Below are positions 1 to 9,538 of a DNA stretch of 58,608 nt, piece after piece. Numbering within the stretch: position 1 is the first letter of the stretch; every line of letters begins with the position of its first letter. Origin of the DNA: Rhodospirillales bacterium RIFCSPLOWO2_02_FULL_58_16 (GTDB lineage Bacteria > Pseudomonadota > Alphaproteobacteria > Rhodospirillales > 2-02-FULL-58-16). The position numbers were made by a program, and so were the translations under genes. The stretch covers positions 104,055-162,662 of the forward strand of contig MIAA01000016.1 in the NCBI GenBank assembly GCA_001830425.1, in the 5' to 3' direction. The notes below the pieces were generated by a model, which had not been told where the DNA came from, searched no databases, and saw nothing but the letters and a program-made list of their open reading frames with translations.

Positions 1-1
1 C

Positions 2-763
2 GAAAAGCCTCCGGGGCGGAATGTTTCCGATGTCGCCGAGGTCATCGCCTGTGAAAGCCGCCATCCCGGCCTTAAACTGAAGTACGGCTTTAATCACCGC
101 TATCACGATTCGGTGCGCGACGCCCTGCGGATCGCCCACTCGGGAGAGCTGGGCGAAGCCATCAACCTGCGCGGCGTTTACGGCAAGTCCAAGCTGATCA
201 CCTTCGGCCAGTCATCCTGGCGCACGGAACGCGCCCTGGCGGGCGGCGGCGTGCTGCTCGACCAGGGCATTCACATGGTTGACCTGCTGCGTTTGTTCGC
301 CGGAGAATTTGAACAGGTCCACAGCTTCATCGCCAATGATTTCTGGCGTCATGACGTAGAGGACAACGCCTACGCCCTGATGCGCACCAGGGACGGCAAA
401 GTGGCCATGCTGCATTCATCGGCCACCCAATGGCGCCATCAATTCAATCTGGAGATTGCCTTTCAGCGGGGATCGATAACCCTTAGCGGCATTTTGTCGG
501 GATCAAAAAGTTACGGTGACGAAACAATGACCGTGGCCCGGGCCGCCGAAGACGAATCCGGCGAACCCAAAGAGCAGATCACCCGCTATGTCGATGATCC
601 GTCCTGGGCCGATGAGATCGCCGAATTCGCCGACGCCATTCTCAGCGATGCGGCGATTATCCACGGTTCGTCCGAGGATGCGCGAAAGACCATGGAACTG
701 GTTTACAAGATTTACTGCGCCGATCCAAAATGGAAGGCGCAGTGGGGATTAAGGGAAAACTGA
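2..763 (+). CDS. Gfo/Idh/MocA-family NAD(P)-dependent oxidoreductase, C-terminal part (5' end outside window)
   Basis: The frame is open from the window edge into the listed 113..763 ORF (in-frame upstream residues ...LKYGFNHRYHDS). GGGVLLDQGIHMVDLLRLFAG is the typical C-terminal domain pattern of this family. Stop TGA 761-763 overlaps the next ATG. Confidence 0.7.
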   Translation, partial: EKPPGRNVSDVAEVIACESRHPGLKLKYGFNHRYHDSVRDALRIAHSGELGEAINLRGVYGKSKLITFGQSSWRTERALAGGGVLLDQGIHMVDLLRLFAGEFEQVHSFIANDFWRHDVEDNAYALMRTRDGKVAMLHSSATQWRHQFNLEIAFQRGSITLSGILSGSKSYGDETMTVARAAEDESGEPKEQITRYVDDPSWADEIAEFADAILSDAAIIHGSSEDARKTMELVYKIYCADPKWKAQWGLREN

Positions 764-1527
764 TGAAAACCATCGGCATCGTTCCCGCCCGCATGGCGGC
801 AAGCCGCTTTCCCGGCAAGCCGCTGCACAACATCTGCGGACGACCGATGCTGGAGCATTGTTTCCTGCGCGCCCGGCTCTACGAAGGGTGGGACGGCCTT
901 TTCATCGCCACCTGCGATGAGGAAATCCGCCAATTCGGCGCCGCCCGCAGTTTCCCGGTGATCATGACCGCTGACACCCATACCAGGGCGCTGGACCGGG
1001 TGGCCGAGGCGGCGGAAACCTGCGGCATCAATATTTCCGCAGATGACATAGTGGTCTGCGTTCAAGGCGACGAGCCGCTGCTGGGGCCTGACGTCATCGA
1101 GGCGGTGATAAGGCCGCTCAAGGAAGACGACGACATCAATGGAACCATGCTGGCGGTTCCGATTATCGACGAAAAGACGTTCCTCAACCCGGATATCGTC
1201 AAGATCGTCCACGACATCAAGGGCGACGTGCTTTACACCTCGCGCAGCCCCATCCCCTATTGCAAAGAATTTTCCGCCGAACCGGGCGCCCTGCGGGTGG
1301 GAGGCATTTTCGGATTTCGCCGGAAGTTCCTCAAATGGTTCACCTCCACTCCTGAATCGCCCCTGGAAATCAGTGAATCCTGTGACAGCAACCGCATTTG
1401 CGACAACGGCTTCCGGCAACGCATCGCCCCCGTTCCCTACCGCGCTTATGTATCGGTGGACAGCCCGCAAGACATTGCCCTGGTTGAAGCCGTGATCAAG
1501 GACGACCCCTTGTGGGGACGGTACTGA
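763..1527 (+). CDS. KdsB/NeuA-type cytidylyltransferase (CMP-sugar/acid synthase family)
   Basis: N-terminus MKTIGIVPARMAASRFPGKPL is the cytidylyltransferase signature. ATG 763 overlaps the upstream stop (TGATG). The track start at 730 is probably an over-extension. Confidence 0.8.
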   Translation: MKTIGIVPARMAASRFPGKPLHNICGRPMLEHCFLRARLYEGWDGLFIATCDEEIRQFGAARSFPVIMTADTHTRALDRVAEAAETCGINISADDIVVCVQGDEPLLGPDVIEAVIRPLKEDDDINGTMLAVPIIDEKTFLNPDIVKIVHDIKGDVLYTSRSPIPYCKEFSAEPGALRVGGIFGFRRKFLKWFTSTPESPLEISESCDSNRICDNGFRQRIAPVPYRAYVSVDSPQDIALVEAVIKDDPLWGRY

Positions 1528-2477
1528 TGAGCGGTCTTTTAACGGATGATGACGCCCTTGCTTTTTTGGCGTCGCAAGTCGAGGCCCCGGAAAGCAGCCG
1601 GTCCGCCTATTGGGAGGAGGAGGCCAAGACCTTCTCCATAGCAGCGGACGGAAGCGTAAAAGGCCCGACCGTGCTGGGCAACATTTCGACCAAGATGAGT
1701 CCCCTTCACAACGCGGCGCACCGGATTTTGCAATGGCCTTTCCGGCGCATGGGGCGTCATTACGAAACCTACAGAGAGTGCGAACAATTAGGAAGAATGA
1801 TCGCCCGCCGCCAAGGCCGTCAATTTACCCATGACCTGATCCGTCAGGTTCTTTCCCTGGCTCTCATCCGCCACCATGTCAATCTTGACAATCCGACAGA
1901 CTGCAATCTTGTTATCGGCGATGGACTGGGCGTCTTGTCTTCCCTTTTCCTTCTGGCGACCCCTCATCGCCGAACCATTCTCGTTAATATCTCCAAGCCT
2001 CTTTTGCTGGACCTGCTTTATGCGAAAAAGGCCGTTCCCGGCTTACGACTGGCCCTTGTCGCCGCGCCGAATGAAATGAAAGAGGCCCTGAGCCTTCCTG
2101 AAATCAACCTTATCGCCGTTCAGGCCGATAATGCCTCCGTCATCGCCCATGCCCCTGTCGGCGTTGCGGCAAATGTCGTTTCCATGCAGGAAATGGCCGC
2201 GCCGGCGATTGCGGAATACTTCTGCATCCTGCGCGTCAATAACGCCGAAGAAACGACATTTTATTGCTGTAACAAACTCTATAAACGGTTTCATGACGGC
2301 GCCGAATCCCGCTTTTATGAATACCCGTGGCGGCCTTCCGACCGCATCTTGCATGATTCCATCTGTCCGTGGAGCCAGTGGCTTTATTCCAAAAGACCGC
2401 CGTTCTGGAGCTACCGGCGGGGTAAAAACCGGATCATATGGCATCGTCTGGCGCTTATGGCCAAGGAATCCCCATGA
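1527..2477 (+). CDS. Hypothetical protein, possible Rossmann-fold (SAM-dependent methyltransferase-like)
   Basis: 316-aa ORF coupled on both sides (TGATG at 1525-1529, ATGA at 2474-2477). The only motif I can read is a glycine-rich VIGDGLGVL segment. I recognise no confident family. Confidence 0.55.
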   Translation: MSGLLTDDDALAFLASQVEAPESSRSAYWEEEAKTFSIAADGSVKGPTVLGNISTKMSPLHNAAHRILQWPFRRMGRHYETYRECEQLGRMIARRQGRQFTHDLIRQVLSLALIRHHVNLDNPTDCNLVIGDGLGVLSSLFLLATPHRRTILVNISKPLLLDLLYAKKAVPGLRLALVAAPNEMKEALSLPEINLIAVQADNASVIAHAPVGVAANVVSMQEMAAPAIAEYFCILRVNNAEETTFYCCNKLYKRFHDGAESRFYEYPWRPSDRILHDSICPWSQWLYSKRPPFWSYRRGKNRIIWHRLALMAKESP

Positions 2478-3163
2478 AGACCGGCATCAACGCCCTTGTC
2501 CTTGATCTTGACGGAACCCTTATCGACAGCGTTCCCCAGGTCCATATGACCATGAATCAAGGCCTGAAACAAATCGGCCGCCGCGCTCTTTCGCTAAACG
2601 AAACGAAAAACCTTATCGGGGAAGGCGCCACCGCAACAATCGAAAAGGCGTTAAAACTTACCGGAAGGGCCGGAACTTCGGAGCAGGTGGCGGAATTTCT
2701 TCAAAAATATCTTTCCGACTACGCAACGAACCCCGCGTCTCACACCGTTATCTATCCGGGAGTGATAGAAACCCTTGAAACTCTGGACGCCTGCGGCGTG
2801 TTGATGGGCTTATGCACCAACAAGCCGCAAGCCGCCACCCTGCCCGTGCTGAAAGCGCTTGATCTGGAACGCTTTTTTTGCGCGGTGACTTGCGGCGACA
2901 GCGTGCCTTACCGCAAGCCCGACGGCCGGCATGTGACATTAACCCTGGAAAGAATGGGGGCGTCCCTACGATCCGCCGCCATGGTCGGCGACAGCGAGAC
3001 CGATATCGCCGCCGCCCATGATGCTGAAATCATCTCCATTGCCGTCAGCTACGGCTATTGCCATGCGCCTGTGGCCGAATTGTGCGCCGATGCCGTCATT
3101 GACACCTTTTCCGACCTGATCCCGACCCTGCAACGAATCACCAAAAAGGTTAAAACCGCATGA
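2474..3163 (+). CDS. HAD-superfamily phosphatase (phosphoglycolate phosphatase-like)
   Basis: HAD motif I is LVLDLDGTLIDS, followed by CTNKP and a late GDSETD motif. ATG 2474 overlaps the upstream stop. Confidence 0.8.
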   Translation: MKTGINALVLDLDGTLIDSVPQVHMTMNQGLKQIGRRALSLNETKNLIGEGATATIEKALKLTGRAGTSEQVAEFLQKYLSDYATNPASHTVIYPGVIETLETLDACGVLMGLCTNKPQAATLPVLKALDLERFFCAVTCGDSVPYRKPDGRHVTLTLERMGASLRSAAMVGDSETDIAAAHDAEIISIAVSYGYCHAPVAELCADAVIDTFSDLIPTLQRITKKVKTA

Positions 3164-4107
3164 GCCGCGTTGCCGTCACCTCCCGCTCATTTTCAAGCAA
3201 TTCAACGCTTTGCGCCGAACTGCGCAAGCGTTACGTTAACGTAACATTCAACGACGCCGGCCTGAAGCTCGACGGCGAACGATTGATTGCCTTTCTTAAG
3301 GGACATGACAAAGCCATTACGGGCCTGGAAACACTCGATGATGCCGTCTTTTCTTCACTGCCCGAATTAACAACGATCTCCAAGTATGGCGTCGGCCTCG
3401 ATATGATTGACTTGCCGGCCATGGCGCGGCGCGGGATAAGGCTTGGCTGGACCGGCGGCGTCAACAAACGTTCCGTATCCGAACTTGTTATCGCCTTCGC
3501 CATCGCCCTGCTTCGCAACATCCCCTTGCTGCATAATGAGGTTGCGGGCGGAGGCTGGCGCGCCCTGACCGGAAAACAACTAACCGACCGAACGGTCGGT
3601 ATTATCGGCTGCGGCCATATCGGCAAGGATTTAGCCTGCCTGTTGCGGGCTTTCGGCTGCCGGGTGCTGGCTCACGACATCCTCGATTTTGCCGAATTTT
3701 ACGCCGAACACGGCATCGAGGCGACCTCATTGGAAAAGCTCCTGAAAACGGCCGATGTAGTCACCCTGCACCTGCCGCTGGACAACTCTACCGAAAATAT
3801 CCTGAGCGCCGAGCGGTTATCGATGTTGAAGCCGGAGGCGATTCTGATCAACACGGCGCGGGGCGGCCTGGTTGACGAAGCGGCGCTGAAAACCATGCTC
3901 AAGGAGAACCGTTTGGCCGGCGCCGCCTTTGATGTATTCGCCGTCGAGCCGCCGGAAGACGCGGAACTGCTCGCCCTTGCCAATTTTCTGGCCACGCCCC
4001 ATATCGGCGGCAGCTCCGAAGAAGCGATTCTCAGCATGGGCCGCGCCGCCATTAACGGACTGGACGATAATTGCGTACCCGAAATTAATCCGGTTTCTCG
4101 GCGCTGA
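3160..4107 (+). CDS. D-isomer-specific 2-hydroxyacid dehydrogenase (phosphoglycerate dehydrogenase-like)
   Basis: NAD-binding GIIGCGHIGKDLA, INTARGGLVDE and TPHIGGSSEE motifs. ATGA overlap with the upstream gene. Confidence 0.8.
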   Translation: MSRVAVTSRSFSSNSTLCAELRKRYVNVTFNDAGLKLDGERLIAFLKGHDKAITGLETLDDAVFSSLPELTTISKYGVGLDMIDLPAMARRGIRLGWTGGVNKRSVSELVIAFAIALLRNIPLLHNEVAGGGWRALTGKQLTDRTVGIIGCGHIGKDLACLLRAFGCRVLAHDILDFAEFYAEHGIEATSLEKLLKTADVVTLHLPLDNSTENILSAERLSMLKPEAILINTARGGLVDEAALKTMLKENRLAGAAFDVFAVEPPEDAELLALANFLATPHIGGSSEEAILSMGRAAINGLDDNCVPEINPVSRR

Positions 4108-4978
4108 TGAACCAGGCGAACCCGATAAAGCGGCCCAGCCATAATTCAAGAGGCGACTGGATGGGCCATGGCTCGCCGTAAACAAGGACGCCCCCCGGAT
4201 GCTTTCCATAGCGGCTGATCTGGTAGCGGCGATAAATCCGGCCCAGCTTGGGAATCAGATAAAAGTAGAACTCTCCCTTACGCAAGGTAAGCCCCTGAAA
4301 ACGACCGAACAATTTCCTGACGCCGCCCGCCGTGTAGCATCGAGTAATGGGGTTCTTTACGGTTTGCCGGTTCTTTCCGCCCCACTCCGTTGCTTTGCCG
4401 AGCCAGTCGGCGTCCCTGAACGCCTTGCCGCAAAGCAGGCCTTGGCAAAACAGCATGTTGATCCAGTAATGCCAGGAACTCTTGCAATAAAGCAGAATTA
4501 CCGCTTTTCCTCCGGGCTTGAGCACGCGAAACACTTCGTTGACGGCAAGCGACGTATCATCGGTGTGATGAAGAACGCCGTTGGAATAGACGATATCAAA
4601 ATGGTTGTCGGCGAAAGGCAGGTTTTCGGCATCGGATTGCACGGCGTAACAGCCCTTGGCCCCGTCCCCCAGCAAGCGGAACTTGGCGGCGGTCGAGCAG
4701 GCGCGCTTCCAGGTGATATCGGCGGCGATGACCTCTGCGCCGTGACGAGCGAACAGCGCCGAATGGCCGCCGGCGCCCGGCCCGACCTCAAGGACTCGCT
4801 TGCCGGCCAGCCGCTCCAGCGGCATTTCCACTACGGCCATGTGATTTCGCAAGCGGAACATGTCTTCCGTGTCGTCAATGGCCTTAAGCAGGGCGTCGTG
4901 CGTCAAATCCCTGTCCATGTCCTCATAAAGAGACTCATAAAGGGAATGCCAAAAGGCCTGAATATGTTGCTTGGTCAT
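4085..4978 (-). CDS. Class I SAM-dependent methyltransferase
   Basis: SAM motif I is VLEVGPGAGGHSALFARHGAEV, with FDIVYSNGVLHH further on. It is the only minus-strand gene in the glycan locus. Its 3' end overlaps the convergent dehydrogenase by 23 nt. Confidence 0.8.
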   Translation of the reverse strand: MTKQHIQAFWHSLYESLYEDMDRDLTHDALLKAIDDTEDMFRLRNHMAVVEMPLERLAGKRVLEVGPGAGGHSALFARHGAEVIAADITWKRACSTAAKFRLLGDGAKGCYAVQSDAENLPFADNHFDIVYSNGVLHHTDDTSLAVNEVFRVLKPGGKAVILLYCKSSWHYWINMLFCQGLLCGKAFRDADWLGKATEWGGKNRQTVKNPITRCYTAGGVRKLFGRFQGLTLRKGEFYFYLIPKLGRIYRRYQISRYGKHPGGVLVYGEPWPIQSPLELWLGRFIGFAWFISAEKPD

Positions 4979-5030
4979 AAAATATGCGCCGCGAAGAACA
5001 AGGAATATGGTCTACTTATAGCAAATCGCC

Positions 5031-6746
5031 ATGTTTGACAGTTTAATCCGCAAAGCCCGTCAGTTAATAACCGATCCCGTATTGCGGCGCTGGCTTATCG
5101 CCAGGGCGCTCGGCGCGTCGCCCAAAGCGCCGGACTTCACGGCGCATCATCCGCCTTACCTTAAGAATATGCCCCCCCTTGCAAAGGAGGCCGCCGCGCC
5201 GCCCGTCGCTTTCCGGGAACTTGCCTGCCCGCCCCCGTCTTCCTCGATCAGTATCCGACTGCCGGGACAATCCATAGAGCTGACGCCGGGCGGCGAGGAA
5301 ACCCTGTTCAACAGGCCCCTGAATGACACGGAAGCCCTTTTGGCCGTGCATCGGTTCGCCTGGCTGCCGCTGCTTGGAGACGATGTCGACCCCGCCTGGG
5401 TTCAGGCAATCTGGAGTGCTTGGCGCAAGCAATACGGAACGCCCGCCGCCGGTTGGCCCTGGCATCCGTACACGGCGGCCGAGCGGGCCGTCAATATCCT
5501 CGATTTCGGCCGTCGGCGCGGACTGCCGAAGCCCTTGGAAGATACGCTGGCGGTGTTAGCGGCCCACGGCCCGGCCATCGCCGCCCGCCTGGAATACTTC
5601 GGCGATCACCATACCTCCAATCACCTGTCCAACAACGGGCGCGGACTTTATCTTCTCGGCCTCGCCCTCGGGCTGGAGGCTTGCGCCGAGAGAGGAGCGT
5701 TGATCATGCTGGAGGAGGCGCCGCGCATCTTTCATGCGTCAGGCATCCTCTGCGAGGGTTCCAGTCATTATCATCTGCTGGCGACGAGAAACTACGCCGA
5801 CGCATGGCTGGCGGCCCGTTTCCACAAGAGAGCGGAGGAAGGGCCTTTCCGAAAAATTACCGGCAAGGCGCTGTCGGCAGTTCCTCACCTCGTTCTGCCG
5901 GGGGGATTTCCCCTGATCGGCGACATCTCGCCTGATTGTCCGCCTGATTTCCTGTCGGGGCTGATCGCCGGAGAAGGCGGCTGGGTTTCCCTGCTGGACG
6001 AAGATTCAAGAGACGCCCTGATAAACCTGCGGGAGTCCTGCCTCGGCGCCTTCAGCGAAGACCTCCGGGCCGCCGGCTGGCTGAAGGCCGGCTTCGGCCC
6101 ATGGAGCGGACTGTGGCACGCCGCCCCCGGCGGCTGGTCGCAAATGCCCGGACACGGCCATCAGGATTGCGGCGGATTCGAACTGCATTACCTGAACGAG
6201 CCGCTTTTCGTCGATCCGGGCCGGGGAGCTTACGGCGACAGCGGCGAAGCCGCCCTCTACCGTTCCGCCCGCGCCCACAATACCTTGCTGGTGGATGATA
6301 AAGACCCCTATCCTCCCAACAAGCCCTTCTACGACAGCCGTTTCAGGCGACTCGTCGGCGGACCGCCCCCCGAACTGCACCGCGACGCAAACAGCGTAAC
6401 CCTAAATCATCACGGATTCACCCGGCTTGGAGGCGTCGGCGCCCTCACCCGAAACTGGCGATTCTCCGACTCCGCCATGATCATTGACGACCGGGTTGAC
6501 GGCGTAACGGCGCGTAAAATCACCCGTCTTTTCCATACCCCCCTCGCCGCCGCAAAGGACAAAAGCAGCGTTATCCTCACCGGCGACAACCGCCGGTTCA
6601 GATTGTCCGCCGGGGAAGCCGACCCGGTTCTGCGACCGGCGACTCAATGGTCGGCCTACGGCAAGGGGCGATTGATCGCCGTTATCGAAATCAACGACGA
6701 AGCCGGACTGCCCTGGTCTTCCACCCTCACCGTGGAGGCTTTGTAG
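5031..6746 (+). CDS. Heparinase II/III-like family protein
   Basis: 571 aa. PGHGHQDCGGFELHY followed by ARAHNTLLVDD is the typical heparinase II/III C-terminal region. It lies directly upstream of an AsnB-like gene. Confidence 0.65.
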   Translation: MFDSLIRKARQLITDPVLRRWLIARALGASPKAPDFTAHHPPYLKNMPPLAKEAAAPPVAFRELACPPPSSSISIRLPGQSIELTPGGEETLFNRPLNDTEALLAVHRFAWLPLLGDDVDPAWVQAIWSAWRKQYGTPAAGWPWHPYTAAERAVNILDFGRRRGLPKPLEDTLAVLAAHGPAIAARLEYFGDHHTSNHLSNNGRGLYLLGLALGLEACAERGALIMLEEAPRIFHASGILCEGSSHYHLLATRNYADAWLAARFHKRAEEGPFRKITGKALSAVPHLVLPGGFPLIGDISPDCPPDFLSGLIAGEGGWVSLLDEDSRDALINLRESCLGAFSEDLRAAGWLKAGFGPWSGLWHAAPGGWSQMPGHGHQDCGGFELHYLNEPLFVDPGRGAYGDSGEAALYRSARAHNTLLVDDKDPYPPNKPFYDSRFRRLVGGPPPELHRDANSVTLNHHGFTRLGGVGALTRNWRFSDSAMIIDDRVDGVTARKITRLFHTPLAAAKDKSSVILTGDNRRFRLSAGEADPVLRPATQWSAYGKGRLIAVIEINDEAGLPWSSTLTVEAL

Positions 6747-6747
6747 A

Positions 6748-8640
6748 ATGTGCGGCATCGCCGGACTTTTTCTGCCCCGCCGAGCGCCCATAGCCGAGGC
6801 CGCCATCGACGCCATGCTTGCCGTCATGAGACACCGGGGGCCGAACGGAACGGGGCGTTTCACCGGCGCTGACTGGCGATTTCAGTCCGGCTTCACGCGC
6901 CTCGCCATCATCGATCTGGCGACCGGCGACCAACCTATTGTCGAAAACGGCGGGGAGCGCGTCCTTCTCGGCAACGGCGAAATCTACAACTACATCGAAT
7001 TGCGCCGGGAAGAAGCGAATTATCCTTACCAAACCAACGGCGACATGGAAACCGTGCTGCCTCTGGCCACTCGTTACGGCGTCGATTTCGTTCACCGCCT
7101 CAACGGCATTTACGCCTTGGCCCTTTATGATCGCAAGGACCACCGCTTGCTGCTGGTCCGCGACCGCCTGGGCGTCAAGCCGCTCTACTGGACGCGCCTT
7201 GCCGGAGGCGGCATTCTTTTCGCGTCGGAAATAAAGGCCCTGTTCGCCTCCGGCCTGATAAAGCCAGAGGTGAACGAGGCCGCCGTTTCTTCCTATCTGG
7301 CTCACGGCTACGTTCCCGCCCCCCAAACCTTGTTCCTGGGCGTCAACAAGCTCAGTCCCGGACATATGATGACGGCGGCGGCGGACGGCTCTATCAAAAC
7401 AGAACGCTATTGGCGGGCGACGGCGGCGAATAATATGCCGACATCGCAACCCGAAGCCGGCGAGCATCTGCTCGGCCTGCTCCGCGACAGCATTCGTCTC
7501 CAGTTAAGAAGCGACGTTCCCCTGGGAGCGCTGCTGTCGGGCGGCATCGACTCCGGGCTTATGGTGGCCCTGGCCGCCGAACAATCCGCCGCCCCCCTCA
7601 ACACCTACACGGTCAGCTTTGAAGGATCATGCGTTGACGAAGCGCCGCTGGCCGAAAGCATCGCCCGGCGCTACGCCACCAATCACACCCGGTTCCGATT
7701 ACCGGCGGGCGCGGCGGCCGACTATCTGCCCAAGCTTGTCTGGCATTGCGAAGAACCGTTGAATGACGCGGCTCTTCTGCCCAACTATCTGATCGAGAAG
7801 TTTCTCAGCCGGCATGTAACGGTGGCCCTCAACGGCACCGGCGGCGATGAGTTGTTCGCCGGCTATGGCCGCTATTTCCGCCTGCCCGTCGAAGCCCGCT
7901 ATCTGCGGCTGCCCGAATGGTTAAGACAGGGCGTTATCGAGCCTGTCGCCAGCCTCGTCTCGCCGATGACCGCCTGGAAACTTCAACGGGCGGCTTTGTT
8001 CAACGACAATCGCGGCGACTATCTCCACCAGCACGGCGCCCACTTTCCCCGCCCCATGCGCCGCCTTATCGGCAATAAAATGACGGCGCCGACCCCGGCG
8101 CAGAATGAATTTTTCGCCGAATTCCAAGGCCCCCCCCAATCAGCGGCGCTTTATGCGGAGCTTAACACCTATCTGCCGGAAGATTTGCTGACCCTGCTGG
8201 ACAAGACATCAATGGCGGTAAGCGTCGAGGGCCGGGTGCCGTTCCTGGATCACCGGCTGGTGGAGGCGGCGCTGGCGGTTCCGCCCGAATTACGCACCCC
8301 CGGAGGGCGACAAAAAGGCCTGGAGCGCGCCATCGCCGCGCCCTTCCTGCCGGAAGAAGTCCTTAACGCCCCCAAGCAGGGTTTCGCCTCGCCGGTTCCC
8401 GCCTGGCTGAAAGCCGGTCTGGCCTCATCGGCGCGAAGGATATTGACCCGGCGCGAGACCCTTGATCGGGGATGGTGGACGGCGCAAGGCATAGAACGGC
8501 TGCTGGCGAAGCCGGACCTTCACGGTTTCAGGGTCTATTCCCTGCTGATGCTGGAATTGTCGATACGAATTCATATAGAGGGGCCTTTCCTCGCCGAGCC
8601 TCCCGAAGATGGTCTGGAGGCCCTGGCCGATGCCGCCTGA
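6748..8640 (+). CDS. Asparagine synthase-like glutamine amidotransferase (AsnB family, WbpS-like)
   Basis: MCGIAG N-terminal nucleophile (class II GATase) and the PP-loop LSGGIDSGL. 630 aa. Confidence 0.85.
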   Translation: MCGIAGLFLPRRAPIAEAAIDAMLAVMRHRGPNGTGRFTGADWRFQSGFTRLAIIDLATGDQPIVENGGERVLLGNGEIYNYIELRREEANYPYQTNGDMETVLPLATRYGVDFVHRLNGIYALALYDRKDHRLLLVRDRLGVKPLYWTRLAGGGILFASEIKALFASGLIKPEVNEAAVSSYLAHGYVPAPQTLFLGVNKLSPGHMMTAAADGSIKTERYWRATAANNMPTSQPEAGEHLLGLLRDSIRLQLRSDVPLGALLSGGIDSGLMVALAAEQSAAPLNTYTVSFEGSCVDEAPLAESIARRYATNHTRFRLPAGAAADYLPKLVWHCEEPLNDAALLPNYLIEKFLSRHVTVALNGTGGDELFAGYGRYFRLPVEARYLRLPEWLRQGVIEPVASLVSPMTAWKLQRAALFNDNRGDYLHQHGAHFPRPMRRLIGNKMTAPTPAQNEFFAEFQGPPQSAALYAELNTYLPEDLLTLLDKTSMAVSVEGRVPFLDHRLVEAALAVPPELRTPGGRQKGLERAIAAPFLPEEVLNAPKQGFASPVPAWLKAGLASSARRILTRRETLDRGWWTAQGIERLLAKPDLHGFRVYSLLMLELSIRIHIEGPFLAEPPEDGLEALADAA

Positions 8641-9538
8641 AGTCAGCGTGATCATCCCCGCCTATCGGGCCGCAAAGACCATCGCCAGGGCGCTGGTGAG
8701 CGTCGCCGCCCAGACTCTCAAGCCCTATGAAGCAATCGTCGTCGATGACGGCTCGGATGACGGAACCTGTGAGGCGGCGCTGGCCCTGGAACCCCGGATG
8801 AACGGCGTCCGGCTGAAAGTGTTTCGTCAATCCAATCGGGGGGCGGGAGCGGCCCGCAACCGGGCCGTGGCCGAAGCCTCCCGGCCCATACTCGCCTTCC
8901 TTGACGCCGATGACGAATGGCTGCCTGAAAAACTCGCCCGCAGTCTGGCCCACATAGAGGACGGCCATTACCTGCTGGTCGCTCACAACGGTTTGATCGT
9001 CGAAAACGGCAAGGAATCGCTGATCGACGGCGCCCGCCGCTTCCGGGAGGGAGGAGCGCCTTTTGTCTCCCTTTACCGCAAGGGCTATCTCGATACCTGT
9101 ACGGTCGTCACCCGGCGCGACGCCGTTATCGCCGCCGGAGGCTTCGATCCCACCTTAAAAAACGGGCAAGATTTTGAAATGTGGCTGGCCCTGCTGAAAC
9201 AGCCGGGCACCCGCTTTCTGGTGTTTGACGAACCCCTGTCGCGCTACCACGTCACCCCCGGCGGCATCATGAGCAATACCGAACGCCGCCTCGCCTGTTG
9301 CCTGAAAATCGCCGGGCGCTATGCCCCGGACCTGAAAAAACATCCCGGCTCGGCGATTTACAGCCTGTGGTTTCGCATTTTCGCCGTGCATTACGAAGCC
9401 GTTCAGGTTTATGTGAAACAACGAAAATTCACGGCGCTGTTGGTTTTATTACTGAAATTACCTTTTTTACTGTTCTCTATGACGGTGGCCTTTGTTTTTG
9501 TTCCGCCGCCGCAACGTCCTCGCTTTCTGGAAAAATGA
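8630..9538 (+). CDS. Glycosyltransferase family 2
   Basis: VSVIIPAYRAAKTI...VVDDGSDDGT...FLDADDEW are the GT-A fold motifs. I prefer the ATG at 8630 (MPPEVSVII), though 8609 is also possible. Confidence 0.8.
   Translation: MPPEVSVIIPAYRAAKTIARALVSVAAQTLKPYEAIVVDDGSDDGTCEAALALEPRMNGVRLKVFRQSNRGAGAARNRAVAEASRPILAFLDADDEWLPEKLARSLAHIEDGHYLLVAHNGLIVENGKESLIDGARRFREGGAPFVSLYRKGYLDTCTVVTRRDAVIAAGGFDPTLKNGQDFEMWLALLKQPGTRFLVFDEPLSRYHVTPGGIMSNTERRLACCLKIAGRYAPDLKKHPGSAIYSLWFRIFAVHYEAVQVYVKQRKFTALLVLLLKLPFLLFSMTVAFVFVPPPQRPRFLEK

Noticed and set aside
9405-9420. parS-like word aggtttatgtgaaaca inside the GT2 gene. A gtgaaac half-site near 14311 was also noted.
   Set aside because: Only about 12/16 and 10/16 positions match the consensus. 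The left half-site is absent, which is consistent with a chance occurrence of a half-site.
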